The notes beneath the pieces are model-generated. The model did no database searches. It was not told where the DNA came from and worked only from the letters and a program-made list of their open reading frames with translations. DNA of 64,000 nt from a virus. Its lineage: Duplodnaviria > Caudoviricetes. Location of the stretch: positions 6,937-70,936 of the IMG/VR virus record IMGVR_UViG_3300029288_000161. One strand, written 5' to 3'. Positions 45,974 through 54,648 of the stretch are shown piece after piece. The translations under genes were made by a program, and so were the position numbers. How positions within the stretch are numbered: the stretch's first letter is position 1; every line of letters starts with the position of its first letter.

Positions 45974-46200
45974 GTTCTTTCACTTGTTATCCAGATCGGG
46001 GGTTGAGTATATCCACTTATCACGCCGATCCATATAGTTCCAAAAAACAATGCGCTCATCCTTTCCCGGAAATTGAGTTTCCACTTGGATATACATTGAG
46101 TACCATCATTAAAAACCCATAGTGAACTGCATTCCATATCTGTCATGCTTTCAGGCTTTGCGAGTTCCTTGGTTGCTTCTTTAAATTTTACCGCTTTCAT
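45907..46200 (-). CDS. Hypothetical protein
   Basis: Closed ORF in the operon. Confidence 0.6.
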   Translation of the reverse strand: MKAVKFKEATKELAKPESMTDMECSSLWVFNDGTQCISKWKLNFRERMSALFFGTIWIGVISGYTQPPIWITSERTCFLKPKRQPIWKRMNFWWGKK

Positions 46201-46693
46201 TTTTATTGATTTTATATTTGAAGTCTAAATGCTTACCGGTTAATAAGGGGAATCTATGTTCAACATTATCAATAACCCCAAACATGCGTCTTTTAAATAT
46301 TGTTTTACTAACAAAAGACAGATCGAATAGAACCCCAAAATAAGAGCATGTTTCCGGATGATCCCAAGTGGGATCAATAACATTGCAATTTATATCAACG
46401 CACCAAGCATGTTGAACTGGAATAATATCATTGGCAATGCCCTCCACATAAATCAGATCGTGCATTTCTGCCAGATGATATGCGTTCCTGAAACATTCCC
46501 TTTTAGTTCGTGGTACATGGGGATATAATTCAAAATTAAATTCTTGGGGAAAGCATTCCTGCCCATTCTGAAGTATAAAATCAAAAATGGATATGTATTT
46601 CTCCTTGGGCAATCTATCATTGAGTTTTTGGAGCTTAACCAAAGATTCCAGATAGTCTTTTATGCTTTGGATGTTATTGAAATCTATCATCAT
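46181..46693 (-). CDS. Papain/transglutaminase-like Cys-His-Asp protein
   Basis: ECFRNAY...YVEG...HAWCVD...VIDPTW. Start moved to ATG 46693 to remove the long overlap in the ORF track. Confidence 0.65.
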   Translation of the reverse strand: MMIDFNNIQSIKDYLESLVKLQKLNDRLPKEKYISIFDFILQNGQECFPQEFNFELYPHVPRTKRECFRNAYHLAEMHDLIYVEGIANDIIPVQHAWCVDINCNVIDPTWDHPETCSYFGVLFDLSFVSKTIFKRRMFGVIDNVEHRFPLLTGKHLDFKYKINKNESGKI

Positions 46694-46919
46694 TGTGAAT
46701 GATAAATTCGCACGGATCAAATCCGGGCAGTTCATATATTTGTTCCATTGCCCTATTAAGCCGATCACATTCCTCCTCAGTGGGAGGTTCTGGTATACTC
46801 CAAATGATATCGTGGGCATCATCCTCCGGGTGATAAACCTCATCATTTTTTATGAGTGCCAACAGGAAGCTCTCGGCTTCCTGAATGGTTTCTATTTTAT
46901 TGGGGATTGTTGTGTTCAT
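46674..46919 (-). CDS. Hypothetical acidic protein (start MNTTIPN)
   Basis: YHPEDDAHDIIW...CDRLNRAM; start moved to remove overlap with the upstream gene. Confidence 0.6.
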   Translation of the reverse strand: MNTTIPNKIETIQEAESFLLALIKNDEVYHPEDDAHDIIWSIPEPPTEEECDRLNRAMEQIYELPGFDPCEFIIHNDDRFQ

Positions 46920-46926
46920 AACTTTG

Positions 46927-47139
46927 TTAATAAGTGCCGAATATACAATCCTCTTTTTCTGTTTTGCCTTGGTAAGCAAAAACTCCACCGTCGTTTCCTT
47001 CATCATCTTTCTGTGGGATCAGAAGGGTACCGTCCGTAAATTCAATGATGTGTGGTTTCTTAAACCATCCCATTGATTTTGCTTCCTCATCCGTCATTTT
47101 GCGGATTTGCTTAATTACTTTTCCTTTCAAGTCTGTCAT
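46927..47139 (-). CDS. Hypothetical protein
   Basis: Preceded by the AAAGCAACAA-AGCCATG leader. Confidence 0.7.
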   Translation of the reverse strand: MTDLKGKVIKQIRKMTDEEAKSMGWFKKPHIIEFTDGTLLIPQKDDEGNDGGVFAYQGKTEKEDCIFGTY

Positions 47140-47151
47140 GGCTTTGTTGCT

Positions 47152-47298
47152 TTATTTGTTAAGTGAAATCAAAAAAGTATTCTTTCTTATAGTTTCGGTA
47201 TTGGTTATTCTCATACCGATTGACTTTGCATAATCTTCAACCTCTTGGAAGGTTTTAAAAAACCTGCCGTCTGCTATATATTTTTCCTGATTTTTCAT
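47152..47298 (-). CDS. Small hypothetical protein (48 aa, not in the ORF track)
   Basis: MKNQEKYIADGRFF...; fills the gap between two genes. Confidence 0.55.
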   Translation of the reverse strand: MKNQEKYIADGRFFKTFQEVEDYAKSIGMRITNTETIRKNTFLISLNK

Positions 47299-47300
47299 AA

Positions 47301-47639
47301 TTAGATTGTTTTACGATTTCTTATCAACTCATTAACAATGTGGATAAAATCATGATCCACCTTTTCATTACAGGCATACCCGCTTGCAACAATATTGCAT
47401 GCGTTTTCCTGTTCGGAGGTTAAATCCTCACCAACCATCTCCAAACAAAAGTCATGCTGTACTTTTGTAGGGATATAACTACCTCCGGCAGTGCGATAAT
47501 CAAATTTAGAAGAAGCCCTGCGCTTTTCTTCTTTCTCACGTTTACGATTATTATATGATTCGGCGAATTCGGAATCATTTTGCATACGTTGGGCAAATTC
47601 CCGGCGTTGCGTTTTTGAAGGTTTCCAACTTTTTCTCAT
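47301..47639 (-). CDS. Hypothetical basic protein, first gene after a promoter cassette
   Basis: Preceded by the full promoter-leader cassette. Confidence 0.7.
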   Translation of the reverse strand: MRKSWKPSKTQRREFAQRMQNDSEFAESYNNRKREKEEKRRASSKFDYRTAGGSYIPTKVQHDFCLEMVGEDLTSEQENACNIVASGYACNEKVDHDFIHIVNELIRNRKTI

Positions 47640-47679
47640 TGTTTTGGCTTTTTATTGTTGCTTTATTGTTTTAACGAAT

Positions 47680-47720
47680 CTAAGATAAGATTTGTTTCAC
47701 AATTATCAAAACTTTTTTTA
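47680..47720 (-). promoter_or_regulatory. Bacteroidota-type promoter cassette
   Basis: TTTG-N19-TATCTTAG; spacer nearly identical to the one at 32096-32114. Confidence 0.8.
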
Positions 47721-47733
47721 AGATTAGTAAAAT

Positions 47734-47761
47734 AAAAAACCGGGGGATTGCTCCCCCAGTT
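47734..47761 (-). terminator. Intrinsic terminator
   Basis: AACTGGGGGA-GCAA-TCCCCCGGTT stem with a GNRA loop and a T-rich tail. Confidence 0.88.
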
Positions 47762-47949
47762 ACCCCTTTTCAGTTGTCTATCTTACTCCTCGTTTGGGCT
47801 GGGCCACTCCTCGGATATACCTTCCCGGGGTCCAACTAAGGTATAAACTTGCCGGTTATCCCAACTGTACCCGGCGGAACTCCTCACAAACTCGGATGCC
47901 CACTATGTGGGTTCTCTTGATTGATGGAATCATTTTGAATGGATTATCG
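47734..47949 (-). ncRNA. Candidate GC-rich structured RNA with three GAGGAGU motifs
   Basis: Stems CCCAC/GUGGG, GCCGG/CCGGC and UAUACCUU/AAGGUAUA; possible CAGUUG/CAACUG pseudoknot; ends in the terminator. Confidence 0.5.
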
Positions 47950-48468
47950 TTAATGGCTGCACCATTTATCTTTATAAGCCGAAATACGGCTGTTAATTCT
48001 TTTTTCTGTGGCTCCAGGTGAAAAGAAAAAGACTGTTCGATCATCTGCCCTAACTGAACGCATATCGCAAAGATTAGGGCTTTTAAATTCGATTTTACGG
48101 GTATTATCCTCCCCCTTAACAAAACTTGCTGCCCAAGCTGCCTCCTGAAGCATCCTTTTTTTCCGCTGCTCAAGTCTTTTTTGTTCCCTTTCAATATGTT
48201 TTTTTTCATTGATTCCATCCTGGATCGCATCAAATACATTCTTTTCTCTTGGTTTCCTTCCCCTTTTCTTGGGTTGTTTTGGTATTTGAGATTTTGTTGG
48301 ACGTTTTAAACCGAGTTTTTCAAATTCTTTCCGGACGGATTCGGGTGTTCTCTTTAATAGTTTTGCAATTTCAGTGTTCGATTTCTTGAGGTAATTTTCC
48401 CGAATTACCCGGCGATCTTCCGAAGACCATCGGTTATATTTTGAGGGGCATTCCACTTTTTGGCGCAA
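47950..48468 (-). CDS. HTH (homeodomain-like) DNA-binding protein
   Basis: WSSEDRRVIRENY...NTEIAKLLKRTPESVR...LGLKR. Confidence 0.7.
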   Translation of the reverse strand: MRQKVECPSKYNRWSSEDRRVIRENYLKKSNTEIAKLLKRTPESVRKEFEKLGLKRPTKSQIPKQPKKRGRKPREKNVFDAIQDGINEKKHIEREQKRLEQRKKRMLQEAAWAASFVKGEDNTRKIEFKSPNLCDMRSVRADDRTVFFFSPGATEKRINSRISAYKDKWCSH

Positions 48469-48501
48469 AATATTTATTTCCCATAAAAATATACTTTTTT
48501 T

Positions 48502-48960
48502 TCATTTCAACAATGGATTAGAAAAATAAATATCAAGCTCCGGATCAGAAGAAATGTAATCAAAAAACTCCTCATAAGTAAAACCACACGCTGTAGCTGT
48601 GTCCAGTTCGTCCTTAATAATATGATGTGCTTTAATTAATTTTTTCTTATCAATTTCAATGCGCTTGCAAAAATCCTCCCACATATAGATTTTATCCGGA
48701 GCCATTTTCAATTTATGAATTTGGTTAAGCCATCCGGATATATTCTTTCTATTTGCCAGTTCGGTTGCAAGGGATAAAAGATATTGTTTATACCGGCGAT
48801 GGGAATCGGTTACACTTTTAAATATTTCCGGGTTCGCCCTGACAAATTCGCTCAACTCTCTCGGTGATTTCCCTATCAGTTGACATGCCCGTGTGAAACC
48901 GATCCCATTCTGAATACCGGCATTTAAAACCTGCCTTTCATTTTCATTCAGTGACAGCAT
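48502..48960 (-). CDS. Terminase-small-subunit-like tandem HTH protein
   Basis: GFTRACQLIGKS...ANPEI and TATACGFT...SDPEL; follows a ParB-methylase gene, a common terS context. Confidence 0.45.
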   Translation of the reverse strand: MLSLNENERQVLNAGIQNGIGFTRACQLIGKSPRELSEFVRANPEIFKSVTDSHRRYKQYLLSLATELANRKNISGWLNQIHKLKMAPDKIYMWEDFCKRIEIDKKKLIKAHHIIKDELDTATACGFTYEEFFDYISSDPELDIYFSNPLLK

Positions 48961-50317
48961 CTTCCTCTTCTTTTTTTATGATCTCATCCAGTGAAATCCG
49001 ATCCCTGGTTACAAGAAATAATTCAATTTCTTCAGGGCTTAATTCCTTATTATTGCGCCAGATTTTGAAATAAAGATCATTGTCCCGCATGAAATTAATC
49101 CATCTTTCAATAATGACGTCCACATAGTTGGGGAGAAGTTCCTGCCCTATGCAGATGCGGTTAAGTTCCTGACAAGCTATTAACGTGGTACCGGACCCAA
49201 GGAAAGGATCGTAAACCATTTGTCCGCTTTCGGTATTATTCCGGATGGGCCTGGCCATGCACTCGAGTGGCTTTTGGGTACCATGTCCATAAACTTCCTC
49301 TTTATTGGCATTTCCCATTGCAGAATTATTCTTAATATCCCAAACAGTTGATTGATCCCTTGCCCCCTGCCAGTTATGTTTGCTCCCTTTTTTCACACCA
49401 TACCAACACGGCTCATGTTGCCAGTGATAGTCGCCCCGGCTGATAACAAAATGCTGTTTTGCCCATATAATTTGAGAAATGATATCGAATTCACACTTTA
49501 TCATATCTTCAGCGACAATGTACCCATACTTGCCAGCATGCCATATATAAGCAATTTCACCGGGAAAAAGTTTGTAAGCATCAACCCATGATATCTTGTT
49601 ATCATTTAAAACCTTGCCAGTGGATCGTGGCTTTTTCCAAGAATCCAGGGCTTTCTCCTTCCATGCAGGATCATATTTAACCCCATAGGGAGGATCAGTT
49701 ACCATGATGATCGGATGCCTGTCGGCAATGAGTTTTTTAACCATTTTGGAATCTTCAGAATCCCCACACTGCACCATGTGTTCATTCAGGGTATAAATAT
49801 CTCCGAACTTGGTAATCGCCTCTCTCGGTATACCGGGTATTTCTTTTTTTTCTTCCTTGGTTTCCCCGGACCCGCTGGAGCCATTACCGAAGTTTATTTT
49901 CAGTTCTTTAATTGAAATTGGAAGGGAATCCAATTCAATATTATACTTTTTGAAAAGCTCCGTATCCGGATTAATATCTGAATATTGGGAATTGACAAAA
50001 GCGATCTCCTCGATGGCTTCCTTTCTGGTTTCGGCATGGATCAATTCATAAGGTATCGGGGGAATATAAAAGCCATCCGATTCGAGAATTTTCAGGGCTT
50101 GCTTCCTGCGATGAGCATCAATGATCCAGAGCTTGCCCTCTTCATCTTTCCATGCTTTAAAACTGTATTTAAAACCACGCTCGACAATTGCCCGTTTTAA
50201 AAGCATAAGCCTATCCAAATCCATGATTTTAAAATCTTCCTGAAGCTCCTCGAAGGAGCCATAATCTGCCGTCGGAAGGTTTGATTCATTGTAAACTTTA
50301 ACTTTCTGATTTTCCAT
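48944..50317 (-). CDS. ParB-like N-terminal domain fused to a beta-class DNA methyltransferase
   Basis: WIIDAHRR in the N-terminal domain; VTDPPY, HGTQKP and DPFLGSGTT in the methylase. Confidence 0.9.
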   Translation of the reverse strand: MENQKVKVYNESNLPTADYGSFEELQEDFKIMDLDRLMLLKRAIVERGFKYSFKAWKDEEGKLWIIDAHRRKQALKILESDGFYIPPIPYELIHAETRKEAIEEIAFVNSQYSDINPDTELFKKYNIELDSLPISIKELKINFGNGSSGSGETKEEKKEIPGIPREAITKFGDIYTLNEHMVQCGDSEDSKMVKKLIADRHPIIMVTDPPYGVKYDPAWKEKALDSWKKPRSTGKVLNDNKISWVDAYKLFPGEIAYIWHAGKYGYIVAEDMIKCEFDIISQIIWAKQHFVISRGDYHWQHEPCWYGVKKGSKHNWQGARDQSTVWDIKNNSAMGNANKEEVYGHGTQKPLECMARPIRNNTESGQMVYDPFLGSGTTLIACQELNRICIGQELLPNYVDVIIERWINFMRDNDLYFKIWRNNKELSPEEIELFLVTRDRISLDEIIKKEEEDAVTE

Positions 50318-50591
50318 TGGGGTCAGTATTATATAAATTATTTAACATTAAAAGTATGCAATCTGCGACAGCATGATTATTTTCTATGATGCGCTCACCG
50401 GGGGAAAGTAACTTCTCGATGGCTTCATATACCTCATAAACTGGCATAGGAAGTTCGTCCAGCCGGTTAAATTTTATCATGGCATCAATTGTTGCTTCTG
50501 ATAATTTACCGGCATATTCCTGCATTTTAGAAGGGATAATAACCTTATCCCAATGTTCCTGCAGTATCTTGGATGCCCTTTCCCTGCTCAT
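50298..50591 (-). CDS. Hypothetical protein
   Basis: Coupled ORF; no motif recognised. Confidence 0.55.
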   Translation of the reverse strand: MSRERASKILQEHWDKVIIPSKMQEYAGKLSEATIDAMIKFNRLDELPMPVYEVYEAIEKLLSPGERIIENNHAVADCILLMLNNLYNTDPNGKSES

Positions 50592-51340
50592 AATTTATTG
50601 ATTGTAATAATAAGGCTTGCAACCATCGTACCGCTCGATTTGAATTCCCCTTCGGGTATTTCTTCTATTTCAGCCTCTACGCTTTCAAGAAATTTCCTGA
50701 ATGCATCTTCTTTCTTGCCTGAAGCAAATGTCCAATGTTTAGATGCTATTGAAACCATGCGGCCGCCCGACTCGAGACAATCGTACATTTTCAATATATG
50801 ATCGATGTCCTGATTCTTCGTGAAAGGAGGATTTGCAACAATGATGGCAAACTCCCCAAATTCGGATTCCGGGACAAATTCCATAAAGTCGGTACCATAA
50901 TTAACCGTGTTATCAATCTTTTTCAGGAACTCCCGATTAATGTCCATTAATTCGAGATAGAAAACCTGCAAATCCGGATCATAACGATGGATTGCATTGA
51001 TTATGGCCCCTTGACCGGCAGAGGGTTCGAGTATCTTACCTATTGGACATGGCAAACGGAATGCTTTATTTACCAATACATCTGCCAGTTTATCCGGGGT
51101 TGCAAAGAACTGATATTCCTTTTTTAAATTGCGCTTTTCTCCATTGGCAATTTGCGCCAATAGATCGGTGGGATCGTGTGGGAAAACAAAGCCCTGGATT
51201 TTGCGTCCCACCCATTTACCTCCGATCAATTCCAAGGCTTTAGCCACTTCCATGTAAAGTTTTCTATCCAATTGCCCGGCAGGGAGCTTCACCACCTTAT
51301 CTTCGATTATGCATTGCTGCAAAATATCTTCTTTTGTCAT
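50588..51340 (-). CDS. Gamma-class N6-adenine methyltransferase-like protein
   Basis: YQFFATP, ILEPSAGQG (motif I), ANPPF (motif IV), FKSSGTMV. Confidence 0.88.
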   Translation of the reverse strand: MTKEDILQQCIIEDKVVKLPAGQLDRKLYMEVAKALELIGGKWVGRKIQGFVFPHDPTDLLAQIANGEKRNLKKEYQFFATPDKLADVLVNKAFRLPCPIGKILEPSAGQGAIINAIHRYDPDLQVFYLELMDINREFLKKIDNTVNYGTDFMEFVPESEFGEFAIIVANPPFTKNQDIDHILKMYDCLESGGRMVSIASKHWTFASGKKEDAFRKFLESVEAEIEEIPEGEFKSSGTMVASLIITINKL

Positions 51341-51534
51341 AGCTTATTATTTGATTTTAGTTGAGGTAACAATTTTAAAATCATCTTATTTTTGACGATT
51401 CTTTCTATCCTGAACCGGCTTCCGCGGATATCGAGAATTTCACCGGTTTTAAACACCATAGGTTTCTTTTCAACTATTTGTTTGTTGAATTGGGCATCTG
51501 TAATGGGGATTAAATTCCCTTTTGAATCGTCCAT
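51337..51534 (-). CDS. Small hypothetical protein
   Basis: Coupled ORF; no motif recognised. Confidence 0.6.
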   Translation of the reverse strand: MDDSKGNLIPITDAQFNKQIVEKKPMVFKTGEILDIRGSRFRIERIVKNKMILKLLPQLKSNNKL

Positions 51535-53072
51535 TATTCCTGATTATTTAAGAATGCATTAACAACCAGTTCTGTTCCATATTCCTCATTTATCTCAGGA
51601 AGCACATCCTTTTCGAAGTTGATGCCCAAAGAATCTGCCAATTCAAATATTAACCTGTTATTAACAAGTATATTCGGAATATTACCGAAAAGGAGCCATG
51701 AGATTAACTGATCGGTTCCTGATTCATCTAATCCCCTGTAATTGGTGTCAAAGAACCTGATCTCATTGTTGAAATTGAGATCATGATGATCCAGTGCCTT
51801 ATCCTCATCCATGATCGTCCATCCCATTAACTTTACTATTTTACGCTTGGTGTCGATATCGGAATGCGCCCATACGATCCAAGCCAGTATTTTTTTAACA
51901 GGAATAGTCATTAGGTTGCCATTCTTCTTTGCATGAGTTTCGGCACACTTGAAAATGGTCAGTTCAATAGCCTTATGATAGGCCTTATTGTCTGTTTTTA
52001 CTTCATCATCAACGGTACTTCTTTCTGAACGTTTAATTTCTTCCTGTGAATCGGTTAGTATTGGGATTATCTTGCCGGTATCAACCCCGTTATAAATAAT
52101 CATAACCCTTTCAATTGCCATTCCCGAAGCCTTATCCTCGTCGGTTAATTCCTGAAATTTGCCATAATATTCATACTGATTTTTCTGGTCCTCTTCAGTC
52201 CATCCGAAATTTGTCCCACGAATTACTTCGATTCCCCGGCTTTCATGCTCCTCTTTTATTTTATCAAGATGGATTATTTTTTTTGTTGTGAAACAAATCC
52301 GATCTAAGCAGATATCATCCGATTCAAAACCTTCAAAAAGCAGCTTATCTGTGCCCGTTCTCTTCGGGCAGTCCATGCAGGAACCGGCAGGGGTTAATTT
52401 TTTATCCTTTACATCAAATACTGCAGCTGCGAGGTTTTGTTGAACATTAGAAACAACATAATCCCTTATTTTATTGGAAGGTTGCATTCCGATAATCTCC
52501 TCGCCATCCCGAAATGAATATTTTGCAATCATTTGTTCCTGATCGTCCTTTTTAACCATGCACAATACTTTGGCCTGAGTAATACTGATCTTTCCATCAT
52601 GAAGGAGTACCGTTGCCGTATCGCATAATCTTTCCAAGCTCAACCTGTCATAAACATACTTGAGGGATTTACCAATGCGATCTGCAATTTCTTCAATGGT
52701 TAAACCATTACTTTGCAATTCCTGATAAGCATGGAACTCCTCAACGGGGGACATATCCATTCGCTGGCAGTTCTCGATAATGGCAATTTGTTTGTATTCG
52801 GTTTCATCAGCCGAAACGATAATGCCGGGTATATGATCCCAATTGAGATTTTTACAAGCCCTGAATCTTCGGGAACCGGCGACAATTTCATAATTGAACT
52901 TTTTGTGCTTTACCTCCCGGACCAAAACAGGTTGAAGAAGGCCCACCTGGTTAATGGATTCCTGCAGTTCGATAATTGATTCGTCGGTGATTGATTTTCT
53001 TGGGTTACTTGCAGATTCCCTGATCTTTGAAACAAGTAACAGTTCGCTTTCTCTAAATTCGATGTTCGACAT
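51534..53072 (-). CDS. parB: ParB/RepB/Spo0J-family partition protein
   Basis: NPRK...ELQESI..VGLLQPVLVR...IVAGSRRFRA CTPase box, ENCQR..MSPVEE, HTH IADRIGKS; long C-terminal extension. Confidence 0.9.
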   Translation of the reverse strand: MSNIEFRESELLLVSKIRESASNPRKSITDESIIELQESINQVGLLQPVLVREVKHKKFNYEIVAGSRRFRACKNLNWDHIPGIIVSADETEYKQIAIIENCQRMDMSPVEEFHAYQELQSNGLTIEEIADRIGKSLKYVYDRLSLERLCDTATVLLHDGKISITQAKVLCMVKKDDQEQMIAKYSFRDGEEIIGMQPSNKIRDYVVSNVQQNLAAAVFDVKDKKLTPAGSCMDCPKRTGTDKLLFEGFESDDICLDRICFTTKKIIHLDKIKEEHESRGIEVIRGTNFGWTEEDQKNQYEYYGKFQELTDEDKASGMAIERVMIIYNGVDTGKIIPILTDSQEEIKRSERSTVDDEVKTDNKAYHKAIELTIFKCAETHAKKNGNLMTIPVKKILAWIVWAHSDIDTKRKIVKLMGWTIMDEDKALDHHDLNFNNEIRFFDTNYRGLDESGTDQLISWLLFGNIPNILVNNRLIFELADSLGINFEKDVLPEINEEYGTELVVNAFLNNQE

Positions 53073-53091
53073 AAATTTTATTTTTAATTAT

Positions 53092-53385
53092 TTACTTTTT
53101 GCTTCCAAATATGTTAAAAAATCCTTTAAAGAGTAATCGGATTCCATCTCCCATTTCTCCACGATATCCCCGTCCTTTAATACTTTGACGGTTGAACCCA
53201 TAACCACTACCATCCGGTCTTGGCCCAAATTGATAGTCAAAATGTTTGTCTCCATCTGTGATTCCATTGTTTATAGGTTTTAAGATTATGTAAATAGCTT
53301 TTAATTTGCCGTTTTCGTGATAGACTTTGGGAGTTTCACCAATATATCCCGCAGGGATTTCTATTTCAGTGGTATGCTTTTCCAT
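53092..53385 (-). CDS. Hypothetical protein
   Basis: Closed ORF in the operon. Confidence 0.55.
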   Translation of the reverse strand: MEKHTTEIEIPAGYIGETPKVYHENGKLKAIYIILKPINNGITDGDKHFDYQFGPRPDGSGYGFNRQSIKGRGYRGEMGDGIRLLFKGFFNIFGSKK

Positions 53386-53387
53386 TT

Positions 53388-54161
53388 TTAGGAATTCATT
53401 AATTTTCTGGCCCAGTTCTTTGTATCGTTCGTAAATTGCTTATCAAGCATCCATTTAAGGAATTGAATATTTTCTTTTACCGGGGTACCCTTATCTTTGC
53501 CAAAATTGAAACATATAATGCCCTCATCATTCCGGATAAACTTACCGGCAAAATCAACCATCTTGCTGCGGTCAAAAGCAAATTTTTCCCAATCTAAAAC
53601 AGAAGTGCCCACCCTTTCAGATTCCTTGCTGAAAAGTTTAATGGCGATTTGATAAGTTGCCATTGAATCCCCTGCAGCGTCGTGCGCATCAAATGAACCC
53701 CCGACATATTCCCTGTAAACGGATTCCAGATTCGCCGGTTTCAAAGTCCTGTAAATCTTGTATAAATCGACAATGTGTTTATCATTTATACTAAATTCAA
53801 TACCTGCCCGCCCAAATTCTTCAACTAACAAGGGAAGATCAAATACCATTATATTATAACCAGCCAAATCAGAATCACCAATCCATGAACATAATTCACC
53901 GGCAACATCTCCAAATTCAGCACAATCAGAGACATCTGCATCCGAAATGTGATGCACATCAGAGGCTTCCTTTTTAATTGGTATCTTCGGGTTGAGGTAG
54001 AAGTTTTTGCCTTCAACTGTTGTATCCCCGAAAACTTTTAAAGCTGCAAATTGAACGATCCTATCCTCGCTGATATCCAATCCGGTTGTCTCAAGATCGA
54101 AGAAAATAATCGGTTTACTGATATTAAGATTTTCCATTTTGATCATCTTTAAGGTTAGCAA
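53388..54161 (-). CDS. DEDDh 3'-5' exonuclease (DnaQ / Pol III epsilon-like)
   Basis: FFDLETTG, AGYNIMVFD, AHDAAGD and C-terminal FGKDKG. Confidence 0.92.
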   Translation of the reverse strand: MLTLKMIKMENLNISKPIIFFDLETTGLDISEDRIVQFAALKVFGDTTVEGKNFYLNPKIPIKKEASDVHHISDADVSDCAEFGDVAGELCSWIGDSDLAGYNIMVFDLPLLVEEFGRAGIEFSINDKHIVDLYKIYRTLKPANLESVYREYVGGSFDAHDAAGDSMATYQIAIKLFSKESERVGTSVLDWEKFAFDRSKMVDFAGKFIRNDEGIICFNFGKDKGTPVKENIQFLKWMLDKQFTNDTKNWARKLMNS

Positions 54162-54648
54162 AGTTTTTATCTAAATACTCAAGCTCTTCGTCGCATGCCT
54201 GAATAAGCATATTTATAAAAGCGGCGCCAATGAAATCCATCCGTTCCCGGAAGCGTTGGGTATAGATTACTTCTTCTTTTTGCGAAAATGGAGAATCTCC
54301 GGGAATTGTAACGTTCCGTCCGGACTTGGTATTAATTGTTATCGAATCACAATCGATTTTATTCCCGGATACTATTAATTTATCCTTTATGCCATTAATT
54401 GATTTATGGCATCGCCGGTTAAATTCGGCTTTGTTAAATGTTTCCTGATTCATATCAATATTTGTTTTAGTGGTGAAATTTAATAATGCTTTCAGTCCTG
54501 ATATTTTATCTGATGCTGCGGATATTGACATGCCTTTGGCAATAGTTTCAATTTCCTTTGTTACCCCATCAAAAGCTCTCTTTTGAGATGAACCTTCTCT
54601 TTGGTTTGTCCTCTGGTTTACCTGCTTTTTCTGTGGCTTTTTTTTCAT
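54124..54648 (-). CDS. Hypothetical protein
   Basis: Closed ORF in the operon. Confidence 0.6.
   Translation of the reverse strand: MKKKPQKKQVNQRTNQREGSSQKRAFDGVTKEIETIAKGMSISAASDKISGLKALLNFTTKTNIDMNQETFNKAEFNRRCHKSINGIKDKLIVSGNKIDCDSITINTKSGRNVTIPGDSPFSQKEEVIYTQRFRERMDFIGAAFINMLIQACDEELEYLDKNFANLKDDQNGKS

Noticed and set aside
34285-47700. TGTTTCAC in promoter spacers resembling the chromosomal parS half-site
   Set aside because: Only half-sites; no full 16-bp parS palindrome seen.
47856-48239. 127-aa minus-strand ORF overlapping the HTH gene and the structured RNA
   Set aside because: Overlaps a better gene by 290 nt and has no protein-like motif.
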